From contig OY761611.1 of NCBI GenBank assembly GCA_963664875.1, forward strand, positions 608,001 to 672,000: DNA of 64,000 bases, read 5' to 3'. Source of the DNA: Candidatus Kapaibacterium sp. Its GTDB lineage: Bacteria > Bacteroidota > Ignavibacteria > Kapaibacteriales > UBA2268. The stretch's first letter is position 1, and each line of letters starts with the position of its first letter. The notes under the pieces are model-generated. The model was given only the letters and a program-made list of their open reading frames with translations, was not told where the DNA came from and searched no databases. Made by a program: the position numbers and the translations under genes. Positions 21,641 through 31,768 of the stretch are shown piece after piece.

Positions 21641-22647
21641 AAATGCTCCGACTTAATCTCATATTCAAGAAGTTTTCCGACATTTATAACCCCATACTCT
21701 ATATAGGAGCTAAAATCTTCATAATCCCAACTGTAGGACTTATATGTATCAATTCCAATATGTGTATCCAAGTTGAATTTAGAATGCAGCAGACAAAGTT
21801 TACGTATCCCTTGGAACGATTCGAAAGCTGAACTTAATACAACTTTCTTATTCATTACGAGAAGTTGCTCAATCACTCTTTCATAGTTATTAAGTAAAGT
21901 AGGTTTTACTACTGCATATTCGAATTCAGTGCATCCCTTTGCTAATATAGATGGTAAAGATTCATCCAGTGCAATTGGAATTATTTGCTCTTTCAATAAC
22001 TTACATAGTTCATTGAGACTACTTAGCGGATCTTCAAAATATAACAATTGCTTATTTTCAATTACTCTCGCAAAAGAATTTAACTCATCGTAAGTCCATA
22101 CTCTATTAGCATCAAATATAAATTTTGCATCTTCATAAACATCAGTATTATATTCTTCCCAAAAGCGAATTTCATCGTTAAAATTGCTGCGTCCAAGTTT
22201 TATTTTGAAAATTTTATACCCATCTGCATAATGCTTTTGCAGTTGACTATTTACTTCTGACAAAGGACAGTTGATTAGGGCATTTGATTGAATCGATTTT
22301 TTCCTTGTCTGGAAAAGTGATGCCTCTATCAATAAAGACTGTAACGCAAACTCCACAGAGGGAAACAACTTAAAAGTATTACTGATTGATTCAATAGTAT
22401 CACTTAAATCAGAACCAATCTGTTGCTTCACATATTTAATGATGGAAAGCAACTGTAATTGTGCATCATAGAATGATTCGCTGCTAAAGCCCTTTAAAGG
22501 AGAACAATCTCCTACTTTTATTCCTTCGTCTGTTTTGACTAATACTAAAAAACCTTTCTTGTGGTTTATTTCAGTATCCAACATTGCGAAAGGTCTTTTA
22601 AAAGGTAAAGAATAAAATTTTAAAAATATATCTTCTATCTTACTCAT
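21607..22647 (-). CDS. menC: o-succinylbenzoate synthase (enolase superfamily)
   Basis: G.CSPL.GFS.E, KIKLGR, DANR.W, YFEDP, ALDES, VVKPTL, SSAFES. Confidence 0.75.
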   Translation of the reverse strand: MSKIEDIFLKFYSLPFKRPFAMLDTEINHKKGFLVLVKTDEGIKVGDCSPLKGFSSESFYDAQLQLLSIIKYVKQQIGSDLSDTIESISNTFKLFPSVEFALQSLLIEASLFQTRKKSIQSNALINCPLSEVNSQLQKHYADGYKIFKIKLGRSNFNDEIRFWEEYNTDVYEDAKFIFDANRVWTYDELNSFARVIENKQLLYFEDPLSSLNELCKLLKEQIIPIALDESLPSILAKGCTEFEYAVVKPTLLNNYERVIEQLLVMNKKVVLSSAFESFQGIRKLCLLHSKFNLDTHIGIDTYKSYSWDYEDFSSYIEYGVINVGKLLEYEIKSEHLCVVDLLSPQK

Positions 22648-23029
22648 CCTGATGTTCTGCCATAGTAATTATATAGCCGTTTAAATCTTTGAATACAAAC
22701 TCTTTAGCACCGTAAAAAGTATCAAATGGTTCTTTAATCACGTTTACTTTATCTTTTACTGAATCATAAATATGAAGGATATTCTTAACACTGATATAAA
22801 AGCTCAATGTTCCCCCAATTTGGATATCTTTAAATTCCGGCATCTCTTGGACGATACTTTCTCTATTTTGCAACATCAAAGAGACTTCATCTTTTTTAAT
22901 CAAAGCCCATACCTTCTCACCATCTTCGGGGACAGCCATTAGCTTCTCAAACCCAAACAAAGTTTCATAATATTCAATTGTTTGTTCGACAGATTCTACC
23001 ATAATATTGGGTACTAAACTTTTAAGCAT
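22640..23029 (-). CDS. VOC/glyoxalase-bleomycin resistance family protein
   Basis: Start reassigned to 23029 (MLKSLVPN); YYETLFGF, FYGAKEFVFKDLNGY. Confidence 0.8.
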   Translation of the reverse strand: MLKSLVPNIMVESVEQTIEYYETLFGFEKLMAVPEDGEKVWALIKKDEVSLMLQNRESIVQEMPEFKDIQIGGTLSFYISVKNILHIYDSVKDKVNVIKEPFDTFYGAKEFVFKDLNGYIITMAEHQDE

Positions 23030-24266
23030 TTTTTTCTTCCTCATAAAAAGCAACAGAAGCAAAAGTAACAGCTGAAAGTGTTTCAGTTTCATTCCATTGA
23101 CCATAATTCAAAATTTTGCCTTTTGCGTTATTCAAAGTAAGCATTGTTAGATAAATAGGACTTGTTCCGCAAACTTTCCATTTGTCTTGGTCTTGACTGA
23201 TTTTACTCAAAAAGTCATCAGATTTGCCCATAGAAATAAACTCAAGTAATTTGCCGTCTTCCTCTCTAACTGTATCCAAATAAAATTCAGCATTATAATC
23301 ATCGCCAAACTTCCTACCGATATGTGCAAAGTCAACACTTGTAACAATTAGTACCTTCTTCTCAAAAACAGACTCTACATTATTCAGCTTTTCAATAAAG
23401 GACATCAATGCAAGATTTGCAGTAGGTTTGCCATTGACTGCTATATAATCATGCAAAGAGCCGGTAACTATAGGAACAAAACTTATATCTCTATCTTGAA
23501 ACATCTTCTGAAGCAAAACAATTTGGAACTCGACAGAATGTTCTGTCAAATGAGCCATCTCATCTATTTTCGCTATATGCTCGGGAGTATCTTTCAAAAG
23601 ATATTCAACGATACTTTTATCAGTTTTAGCTTCACCAAAAGGTGTAAGGTAATTTTTATTGCTAAGCATGAAATATGCGTTTGAATATCTATGACAAGTG
23701 CCTAACACTATAACAATATCCGGATTTGTTTTTGCAATAGCATGATAAGCAGAAGCATAGACCTTGTGTGCTTCTTTCCCAACTTTGAAGTCAATGTGAG
23801 GTACAATGATAGCTTTAGCATTTTGAGGATATCCATCTTCAAACGGAGTACTTAAAAGTGCATCTAATTCTTTATCAAGAATACTTTTATCTTCTGAATA
23901 AGAAGAACCGGCACATATTGGGAATCTGACATTGCCGGAATTCAACTCAGCAAAGAACTTTTCTTTATATGTAAAGTAATCTTCCGTTTGGAAAAATCCT
24001 CTTCCTATAAGTTCTTCAATTGGTGTTTTGATTGCTTCTATGGGCAAATTTGAATTGATATTTTCCAGAACCCATTTATGCAAATCTTCGAAAGAAATAT
24101 TCCCATCGATTTGTTGCAAAATAAGAAGTAGAATTTCTCCGAAAACGGCTGGTTCTTTCGCGAAGCCAATTTCGTCGGTAAGAACAATATGTGTAATACC
24201 ATCGATATTGGTAGTATCGACAGATAAATCTTCTCTGATTGCAGGTATCACATCATTATTTTTCAT
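23022..24266 (-). CDS. MEMO1 family protein (AmmeMemoRadiSam protein B-like) with N-terminal extension
   Basis: AGSSY, IVPHID, GTCH, TPFG, EHSVEFQ, SVDFAHIG, VCG..PI, SAVTFAS. Confidence 0.85.
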   Translation of the reverse strand: MKNNDVIPAIREDLSVDTTNIDGITHIVLTDEIGFAKEPAVFGEILLLILQQIDGNISFEDLHKWVLENINSNLPIEAIKTPIEELIGRGFFQTEDYFTYKEKFFAELNSGNVRFPICAGSSYSEDKSILDKELDALLSTPFEDGYPQNAKAIIVPHIDFKVGKEAHKVYASAYHAIAKTNPDIVIVLGTCHRYSNAYFMLSNKNYLTPFGEAKTDKSIVEYLLKDTPEHIAKIDEMAHLTEHSVEFQIVLLQKMFQDRDISFVPIVTGSLHDYIAVNGKPTANLALMSFIEKLNNVESVFEKKVLIVTSVDFAHIGRKFGDDYNAEFYLDTVREEDGKLLEFISMGKSDDFLSKISQDQDKWKVCGTSPIYLTMLTLNNAKGKILNYGQWNETETLSAVTFASVAFYEEEKNA

Positions 24267-24504
24267 ATTGTTGCTCTAGTTCTTGCAGCTTTGTTAAATA
24301 TTTATTTTTGATATTATTTACATACAAAATAAAAAAGACGTTTGCAGCAAGCATTGCAATAGCTGCAGCAAGATACCACCACTCACCTATAACAACAAAA
24401 GCTGCTACAAATAGAACTATTGAGACTGTGAAAGCAAGAGTTACAATAATCTGAGACTTTTTAATATTTCCTAAGACTCTTTTGGTTACATCATTATCTA
24501 TCAT
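24256..24504 (-). CDS. Small two-TM membrane protein of unknown function
   Basis: 82 aa, two hydrophobic segments, overlaps both neighbours as in translational coupling. Confidence 0.7.
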   Translation of the reverse strand: MIDNDVTKRVLGNIKKSQIIVTLAFTVSIVLFVAAFVVIGEWWYLAAAIAMLAANVFFILYVNNIKNKYLTKLQELEQQYEK

Positions 24505-25328
24505 CTTAAATCCTCAGTTAGTGCTGTTCTTGCATCTGTTTTGTCATCTCTGTATTTAATAATTATCGGAGAAGCAATGGATAAACCGTGTTCTTTTGCA
24601 AAAGGAGTATTGATTGCTCTAGTTCCGGGGATAACTACTGCATTTTCGGGTATCTCTAGTGGTTTATCAGGAGTTGATTGTAGTATAGTGCCGTTAACAA
24701 TATCATAAACTTTTGTAGAAGCAGTCAATATTACGCCGGAGCCAAGCACTGCTCTTTTTTTAAGCATCACACCTTCATACACGCCACAGTTGCCACCTAT
24801 CATTACCTCGTCTTCTACAATAACCGGTCTCGCACCGGCAGGTTCCAAGACTCCACCAATCTGAGCAGCTGCACTTATGTGTACATTTTTTCCAATTTGG
24901 GCGCAAGTTCCTACTAATGCATGAGAATCTACCATAGTACCGGAATCCACATAAGAACCAATGTTTATATACATTGGCGGCATACATATCACTCCCGGAG
25001 CAACATAGCAACCTGTTCTTATGGTAGAACCCCCGGGTACAATTCTAATCCCATCTGATAGAGAGATGGGTTTTACAGGAATGGTATCTTTATCAAAAAA
25101 TTTGAAATTCACATCTTTTGACATATCAGTCATTTGACTATGTTTGAACAACTGAAGGATACCTTTTTTCACCCATTGATTTACTTTCCATATTCCATTC
25201 TCTCCGGGTTCGGCTGCACGTATTGAGCCGTTATTTAGCCCTTCGATAAACTCTTTCAGAATTATTGCAATTTCTGTATTTGAGGATATATTGTTATCTA
25301 ATATTTGAAGAATTTTGCTTTCCATCAA
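24501..25328 (-). CDS. dapD: Tetrahydrodipicolinate N-succinyltransferase
   Basis: [47 protein letters not shown]. Confidence 0.93.
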   Translation of the reverse strand: MMESKILQILDNNISSNTEIAIILKEFIEGLNNGSIRAAEPGENGIWKVNQWVKKGILQLFKHSQMTDMSKDVNFKFFDKDTIPVKPISLSDGIRIVPGGSTIRTGCYVAPGVICMPPMYINIGSYVDSGTMVDSHALVGTCAQIGKNVHISAAAQIGGVLEPAGARPVIVEDEVMIGGNCGVYEGVMLKKRAVLGSGVILTASTKVYDIVNGTILQSTPDKPLEIPENAVVIPGTRAINTPFAKEHGLSIASPIIIKYRDDKTDARTALTEDLR

Positions 25329-25372
25329 TTTACCTTTGTGTGCGTAATTTCAAAATACTATTATACGAAATA

Positions 25373-26878
25373 TTAGTTAATATTTCTATAAACTTTGAAT
25401 TCTACTCTTCGATTTAAGTCTCTACCCCATTTAGTTGCATTTGAAATAACAGGCTCTTTACTTCCATGTCCTTTATATATCACTCTTTCCGGGTCAATTC
25501 CCTTTTGAACAAGTATTTTTTTGGCTTCTATGGCTCTTTCTTCGGAAAGTAATAGATTTTTTTCAATCGAGCCTATGTTATCAGTATGACCTGTAATTTC
25601 GACAACGGCTTTATCATCATTTTTGAGATATTCTGCAAGATATTCGAGTTCTTTCATACCTTGGGCATCTATACCTGATTCTGCTGTTTGGAAAAATATA
25701 TTTCTGATGCAAATAAGAGTGTCGGACATCGGAACTAGTTCAAAAGGAACTTCGATTTCATCATATTTATCTAAATTGTGTAAATCTACTTTTTTATTAG
25801 TACGAATGTAGTTCTTTGAAGAGGCATTAAAAGAATAGACCAATCCTCCGGGTAAGGTGTGTGCATATAGACCATTTGAGGCATTACTATGCGATTCTGC
25901 TATTTCTTTATCGTCTTCATATTGATTGAAAGTAATATCAGCTCTGAGTGGCACACCGGATTTGTAACAGCTTACTTTACCTTTTACTAAAAGCACAGGT
26001 TTTGGTTTGACTTCATTTGGTAAAGATATTTTATGAATGTCCATATCTCCGTTCTTCTCATTTTTTCGGACTATGAAAGCAGATTTGCCTGATGCATCGA
26101 TTTTGAAATATGCATCCCAATCCTTTGTGTTAATATCCGATCCAAGATTTCTCGGATTAGACCAATTTTGCCATGTATCATCCAATCTACGAGACATAAA
26201 AATATCAGCAGAGCCTGATCCTCCAAGCCCATCAGATGAAAAGTACATGGTTTCCCCATCGGAAGCCAAAAATGGTGATATTTCATCTCCAAACGAATTA
26301 ATAGTTGAACCAAGGTTAAGAGGCTTGGACCAAATACCGGTCTTTTTCAGGAAACTTACGTATATATCTTTTTTGCCTTTTGAGTCATCTCTTTCCACGG
26401 TCATGAGAAGAGTTTTGCCGTCATTTGCCAAATAAAAACCTGCAAAACCACTATAATTATAGTAATCTTCAATTATTTGATTAACAGGATAAGACCAACC
26501 GCTCTCAGTTTTATAAGAAATAGAAACACCTTCGCGAATTGTTTTATCATTTTGGGTAGGATAGACTGTCCCTAATAATAAAGTATTTCCGTCCGGAGAA
26601 ACGCTACTAACAAAATTATTCATGGAGTTATTTAAAGGACTGCCGATGTTGATTGGTTGCCCCCAATTTCCACTTTTGTCTTTAATAACATAAAAAATAT
26701 CATCTGATTTGTTTTCTTTTTCACAGTAGGTCTTGCAGAAATATAAAATATTTCCGTCCGGAGAAATTACCGGATTAAGTTCATTGCATTTGGTGTTAAT
26801 TACTTCTTCAATGTTATTCGATTTAACTGAATAGAAGGCAACTATCAATAATAATATTGATAAGAGCAACTTTTGCAT
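25373..26878 (-). CDS. OmpA-domain protein with PD40 beta-propeller repeats
   Basis: Signal peptide, SPDG/NLGSTIN/SSD..GG.G..DI repeats, GHTD..G....N..LS..RA and NRRVEF. Confidence 0.88.
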   Translation of the reverse strand: MQKLLLSILLLIVAFYSVKSNNIEEVINTKCNELNPVISPDGNILYFCKTYCEKENKSDDIFYVIKDKSGNWGQPINIGSPLNNSMNNFVSSVSPDGNTLLLGTVYPTQNDKTIREGVSISYKTESGWSYPVNQIIEDYYNYSGFAGFYLANDGKTLLMTVERDDSKGKKDIYVSFLKKTGIWSKPLNLGSTINSFGDEISPFLASDGETMYFSSDGLGGSGSADIFMSRRLDDTWQNWSNPRNLGSDINTKDWDAYFKIDASGKSAFIVRKNEKNGDMDIHKISLPNEVKPKPVLLVKGKVSCYKSGVPLRADITFNQYEDDKEIAESHSNASNGLYAHTLPGGLVYSFNASSKNYIRTNKKVDLHNLDKYDEIEVPFELVPMSDTLICIRNIFFQTAESGIDAQGMKELEYLAEYLKNDDKAVVEITGHTDNIGSIEKNLLLSEERAIEAKKILVQKGIDPERVIYKGHGSKEPVISNATKWGRDLNRRVEFKVYRNIN

Positions 26879-27059
26879 AAATTATTCCTCAATCATAAAA
26901 TTAGGTTTTGTCATTTTTAGAAACTGCAAAATTGCGAAATTATTTTGAAATAGCATTAGGCAATACTACCTAATTTTATTAGTCGCTAAAATTTTATCTT
27001 AGCTATATTTTTTACTAAATTGTAGTATTCTTTTCAACAATACATTATCAGAGGATAAT

Positions 27060-28427
27060 ATGAACCAACTATTTTCTTATATCGATGAAAATAAAGAACG
27101 TTATGTAAGCGAGCTTGTTGAGTTTTTAGAAATTCCAAGCATCTCAAGCCTTACAGAGCACAACGAAGATACTTTATCGTGTGCAAACTGGGTCGTTGAT
27201 CATATCAAATCTATTGGTATTGAAAATGCTCACTTAGTAATGACTCCCGGGCATCCTATTGTATATGCAGAATGGTTAGAAGCAGGTACTGATGCACCTA
27301 CAATTCTAATATATGGTCATTACGATGTGCAACCTGTAGATCCTTTAGAATTATGGACAAGTCCTCCTTTTGAACCAACTATCAGAGATGGCAAACTCTT
27401 CGCACGCGGTTCTTCAGACGATAAAGGTCAGGTTTTTGTGCATTTGAAAGCAATAGAAGCATTATTTAAAACTTACGGTAAATTGCCTGTAAACATTAAA
27501 CTTATGATAGAAGGTGAAGAAGAAGCTGGTTCAAGCAACCTCGAAACTTTCATAGAAAACAATCAAGAAATGCTTAAATGCGATACTGTTCTTGTTTCTG
27601 ATACAGAATGGTTCGCAGATGGACTCCCTTCTATTTGTTACTCTCTTCGTGGCATTTCATTTGTCGAAGTTAAAGTAATAGGACCTAACAGGGATTTACA
27701 CTCAGGTACTTTCGGTGGTGCGGTAGATAATCCAATAAATGTTCTTGCTTGGATGATTTCACAGCTAAAAGACAGATACGGAAGAATTACAATACCCGGC
27801 TTTTACGACGACGTAGTTGATTTGACTATTGAAGAACGAGAAGGCTTCAAAGAATTACCGTTTGACTTGGAAGAATACAAAAAAGATTTAGATATAAAAG
27901 AGTTACATGGCGAAATAGGTTACACTACTCTTGAAAGAACTTGGGCAAGACCATCTCTAGATTTGAATGGTATCAAAGGCGGCTTTATCGGGGAAGGTGC
28001 AAAAACAGTTCTACCTTCGGAAGCATCTGCCAAAATTTCAATGAGGCTTGTAGCTAATCAAACTGCAGATGATATAACTAAAAAAATTCTTGATTACTTG
28101 GTCAAACTTGCTCCACCGACTGTAAAAGTTGAAGTTAAAGAACTACACGGCGGCAACCCTGTCCTTGTGCAAAGAGACGGCAAAGCTATTTCAACTGCTA
28201 TGGAAGCTCTTGAAATGGCTTTTGGTCAAAAGCCTGTCTTTATGCGTGAGGGTGGATCAATTCCAATTGTTGAGAAATTTGAAAGCATACTAAAAGCTCC
28301 GACAGTACTTATGGGGTTGGGACTGCCGGGAGACAATATACACTCACCTAATGAAAATTTTGATCTTAAAAACTACATTGGTGGTATAGCTGCTTCGGCA
28401 ATATTCTTAAAAAACATAGCAGAATAA
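27060..28427 (+). CDS. M20 family dipeptidase
   Basis: YGHYDVQP, ARGSSDDKG, EGEEE.GS, DLHSG, GGSIP, HSPNE. Confidence 0.92.
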   Translation: MNQLFSYIDENKERYVSELVEFLEIPSISSLTEHNEDTLSCANWVVDHIKSIGIENAHLVMTPGHPIVYAEWLEAGTDAPTILIYGHYDVQPVDPLELWTSPPFEPTIRDGKLFARGSSDDKGQVFVHLKAIEALFKTYGKLPVNIKLMIEGEEEAGSSNLETFIENNQEMLKCDTVLVSDTEWFADGLPSICYSLRGISFVEVKVIGPNRDLHSGTFGGAVDNPINVLAWMISQLKDRYGRITIPGFYDDVVDLTIEEREGFKELPFDLEEYKKDLDIKELHGEIGYTTLERTWARPSLDLNGIKGGFIGEGAKTVLPSEASAKISMRLVANQTADDITKKILDYLVKLAPPTVKVEVKELHGGNPVLVQRDGKAISTAMEALEMAFGQKPVFMREGGSIPIVEKFESILKAPTVLMGLGLPGDNIHSPNENFDLKNYIGGIAASAIFLKNIAE

Positions 28428-28430
28428 TTT

Positions 28431-28469
28431 GATAAGAGCCAATTTTTTTAAAGTTGGCTCTTATCTTTT
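28431..28469 (+). terminator. Intrinsic terminator
   Basis: GATAAGAGCCAA / TTGGCTCTTATC stem plus T-run. Confidence 0.7.
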
Positions 28470-28553
28470 ATATTTTATTAAATCCTTTTTTCTTATATTG
28501 CATTCATTATTCTAACAATGTTATTTATTGTTGCACTAATTGATAGATTAGCC

Positions 28554-29786
28554 ATGAAAAAGTTCACTCTGTTACTTGTTTTGTTTGTGTTATGTTTCAA
28601 TACTGAATCAGATGCTCAGTTTTGGAAAAAATTAAAGCAATCTGTTGAAGAAAAGGTTGAAGAGAAAGTCGAAGAAAAAGTAGATGAAAAGATAGATGAG
28701 ACAATCGACGAAGCTGTTGATGGAAAAGAAGAAGAAACAAGCGGAAAAAAAACTGTAAAAAGCACTACGAACAATGATGAGAGTGCTGACTCAGGCGAAG
28801 AAGAGCAAAATACAAGAGGAACACTTAATTGGGCAAAATATGATTTTGTTCCCGGCGATGTTGTAATATTTGAAGATAATCTTCTCGGTGAAGAAAATGG
28901 TGAGTTTCCTACAAGATGGGATATTATTGATGGTAATTGCGAAATAGCACAATTCAATGGTGAAAACGTAATTATGTTTCGCGAGTCTTCCGAAATCATT
29001 CCGTTTATGAAGGAAAGAAATTCGGACTATTTACCTGACGAATTTACTTTAGAATTTGATTGTTTCTTTGAAGCCGAAGAGTGGAGTCAGCGTTATTATA
29101 TATATTTCAAAGATAGAAAAAATCAACACCGACTTTCTGATAATCAAATTAACGATTATGCTACAGTGTACTATGGAGAAATAAACTTCCATGACCTATC
29201 AGGCAAATACCCTGGAGTAGAACGCACAAACTTAACTAAGAAAGAAACATGGAGACATATTTCGCTGTCGTATAACAAAGGTAACGTTAAAATCTACATG
29301 GATGATACCAGACTTGTCAATTTACCAAGATTGGAAGGCAACCCTACCGGTTTTACTATAGGTACTTCACATGATGCAAACAAAGATTTTATTAAAAATG
29401 TTAGATTTGCAAAAGGTGCAGTGAAACTTTCTAAAAGAGTAGAAACAGAAGGCAAAATTATCATGCAGGGTATTCGATTTGATGTTAATAAAGCTACGCT
29501 CAAAGCCGAATCGATGGGGCCTATAAACAAAATATTTGAAATGATGAAAAATGATTCTTCTATCAACTTCAGTGTTGAAGGACATACTGACTCTGATGGT
29601 GACGATGAAGCTAATTTGAAACTATCAGAAGCACGTGCAAAAGCAGTTGTAGATAAATTAGTAGAATTAGGAATAGATGCTTCTCGTTTAAAATACAAAG
29701 GTCTCGGAGAAACGATGCCTATAGGCGATAACTCCTCACCTGAAGGAAAAGCCAACAATAGACGTGTGGAATTTATCAAATTCTAA
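28554..29786 (+). CDS. OmpA-domain secreted protein
   Basis: Start reassigned to 28554 (MKKFTLL signal peptide, SDA/Q cleavage); YDFVPGD..IFED domain; EGHTD, LS.ARA, NRRVEF. Confidence 0.88.
   Translation: MKKFTLLLVLFVLCFNTESDAQFWKKLKQSVEEKVEEKVEEKVDEKIDETIDEAVDGKEEETSGKKTVKSTTNNDESADSGEEEQNTRGTLNWAKYDFVPGDVVIFEDNLLGEENGEFPTRWDIIDGNCEIAQFNGENVIMFRESSEIIPFMKERNSDYLPDEFTLEFDCFFEAEEWSQRYYIYFKDRKNQHRLSDNQINDYATVYYGEINFHDLSGKYPGVERTNLTKKETWRHISLSYNKGNVKIYMDDTRLVNLPRLEGNPTGFTIGTSHDANKDFIKNVRFAKGAVKLSKRVETEGKIIMQGIRFDVNKATLKAESMGPINKIFEMMKNDSSINFSVEGHTDSDGDDEANLKLSEARAKAVVDKLVELGIDASRLKYKGLGETMPIGDNSSPEGKANNRRVEFIKF
28644..28727 (+). repeat. Degenerate 12-bp coding tandem repeat (VEEK/VDEK/IDET, about 7 units)
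   Basis: gttgaagaaaag gttgaagagaaa gtcgaagaaaaa gtagatgaaaag atagatgagaca ... Confidence 0.7.
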
Positions 29787-29821
29787 TTTGCTTTTGCATA
29801 TCATACGGATATAACTATTTG

Positions 29822-29858
29822 AAAAAGGGCTGCTTATTTTGTATAAGTAGCCCTTTTT
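29822..29858. terminator. Bidirectional terminator between the OmpA protein and rubrerythrin
   Basis: AAAAAGGGCTGCTTAT / ATAAGTAGCCCTTTTT. Confidence 0.8.
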
Positions 29859-29884
29859 ATATTCGCTAATTCTAAAATAAAGAC

Positions 29885-30388
29885 TTAGAATTTTTTAAAT
29901 TTATCTTTTTTAACTTTACAAACCGGGCATGTGTCAGGAAGTTCTCCAACATGTGTATAGCCACATATTTCGCAGGTATGAATATCTTCAAAGTCTGCAT
30001 CGTTTTCTGCATCAACCATCTCTTTAGCTTTTCCGTAAAGTACGGAGTGAGATTTTTCAGCTTCAATTGCCCATCTAATAGCTTTTAAAGCAGCTTTTTC
30101 TTCTTGCAACTGTGCAATAGCTTCATAAGCAGGATACATTTCTTCTACTTCGAAATCTTCACCATTGATTCCTTCCTGCAAATTTTCGCTTGTTTTACCA
30201 ACCATACCTAAAACTTTTGCATGAGCATGAGCATGAACTGTTTCAGCATAAGCAATGGCTTCGAATAAACGAGAAACATTTTTAAAACCTTCTCTTTCTG
30301 CTTGCAAAGCGAAAGCCAGATATTTCATGTGAGCTTTGGATTCTCCGCAGAAAGCTTCCTGCAAAGACTTTTCGGTCATCTTTTTCAT
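29885..30388 (-). CDS. rbr: Rubrerythrin
   Basis: AF.GES.A, E..HA, E..E...MYP, E..H; C-terminal CEICGY...CPVC rubredoxin-like domain. Confidence 0.92.
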   Translation of the reverse strand: MKKMTEKSLQEAFCGESKAHMKYLAFALQAEREGFKNVSRLFEAIAYAETVHAHAHAKVLGMVGKTSENLQEGINGEDFEVEEMYPAYEAIAQLQEEKAALKAIRWAIEAEKSHSVLYGKAKEMVDAENDADFEDIHTCEICGYTHVGELPDTCPVCKVKKDKFKKF

Positions 30389-30434
30389 AATTCACCTGTC
30401 ATTTTAGTAAAATATTGAGTAGATGACAAATATA

Positions 30435-31646
30435 CTAAATTTTTGCTAAAAGATTGTTTTTCTTCAGTGTGATTAATGTTATCTCAGGATTGACTCCGAT
30501 TCTGATTGGAGGTCCTGTCATGCCTACTCCACGATTTACATAAAGATATTGCCCTGACTTCTGGTACAAGCCTGCCCATTGCTTATAAACCATTTTTACA
30601 GGAGTCAACATTTCTCCAAAAAGCTCCACTCCAATCTGCCCACCATGAGTATGTCCTGCAAGTGTCAGTTCTATTGGAAGTTTTTCTAATATTGCTTTGT
30701 CCCAATTTGTAGGATCATGCGAAAGTAAAATAATTGGTTCGTATTCCGGTAATCCTTGCAGAGCTAAATTATAATCTCCAAATTCCTGCCCAAATCCAAT
30801 ATTGTCAATTCCGGCAATATGAAGATTACCATCGCCAAGATTGATTGTATCATTCTCATTTATCAGCAATTTCATACCAGTGTTTTTAAGTTTTTCTACT
30901 AAAATTAGGTGCTCTTCTGGAGACATAAAATGATCATGGTTGCCAAGGCATCCATATACTCCGTACTTTGATTTTGTAAGCGAAATCTCTGTTGCAATTT
31001 TATCGATTTCGTTTTCTTTCATATTTACAAAATCGCCTGTCATGGCAACTATATCAGGATTAATTGCATTTATTATATGTCTTACTTTTCTAAATGGTGC
31101 TGCAGAATAGTAAGAGCCTGCGTGTAAATCAGAGATTTGAACTATTCTAAATCCATCTAACGAAGAAGGCAGATTATCTAACTTTATAGTTACCTCATGA
31201 ACTTTGAAATCATAAGCAGTACGAAATACACCCCATCCGGAAATGAAAAAAGGAATCCCTGCCATAGTCCAGCTAACATCTTTTAAAAATTTTCTGCGTT
31301 TAGTATTATCTATTTCAACTTCTTTTTTCAATATTTTGCGACTTATAAATGATGTAATGTCTTTAAAAAACATAATAGGAACAATAACAATTTTTGGCAA
31401 TGTCCAAAAACTGATAATCATAAATAGTATAACTGTCCACGATTCTCCGTAGTTAGAATTTATTCGATTCAAATTTATCGCAATCAGTGCTAATATTGAA
31501 AATATCGAAAAAGCCAAAGCAGAAATATGCCACCATTTGCTCCATCCTTTATATTCTACGTATTTTTTCCATTTTTTGTAAAAATACACTTCAAACAAAG
31601 TGAAGAAAATTAGCATAACAGAGATGATTATCAATACTTTACCCAT
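30435..31646 (-). CDS. Membrane-anchored metallophosphoesterase (YkuE-like)
   Basis: N-terminal TMs, RRKFLK, SDLH, TGDFV, GNHD, SHDP, GHTHGGQ, YVNRG.G. Confidence 0.9.
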   Translation of the reverse strand: MGKVLIIISVMLIFFTLFEVYFYKKWKKYVEYKGWSKWWHISALAFSIFSILALIAINLNRINSNYGESWTVILFMIISFWTLPKIVIVPIMFFKDITSFISRKILKKEVEIDNTKRRKFLKDVSWTMAGIPFFISGWGVFRTAYDFKVHEVTIKLDNLPSSLDGFRIVQISDLHAGSYYSAAPFRKVRHIINAINPDIVAMTGDFVNMKENEIDKIATEISLTKSKYGVYGCLGNHDHFMSPEEHLILVEKLKNTGMKLLINENDTINLGDGNLHIAGIDNIGFGQEFGDYNLALQGLPEYEPIILLSHDPTNWDKAILEKLPIELTLAGHTHGGQIGVELFGEMLTPVKMVYKQWAGLYQKSGQYLYVNRGVGMTGPPIRIGVNPEITLITLKKNNLLAKI

Positions 31647-31708
31647 TGTTTACTCCTTTTGGTTGATGCTCTTTATATCATACGTAAGAATCATACTTTA
31701 GTTTAGAC

Positions 31709-31745
31709 AAAAAAAAAGCTACTGTAAAAATAATTACAATAGCTT
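31709..31745 (-). terminator. Intrinsic terminator after gyrB
   Basis: AAGCTACTGTAA / TTACAATAGCTT stem next to an A-run (U-tract on minus strand). Confidence 0.7.
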
Positions 31746-31768
31746 CCAAATATATATTCTAAATATGT

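Noticed and set aside
28644-28727. 12-bp tandem repeat as a CRISPR or contingency locus
   Set aside because: In-frame, synonymous-diverged, low-complexity protein repeat with no spacers.
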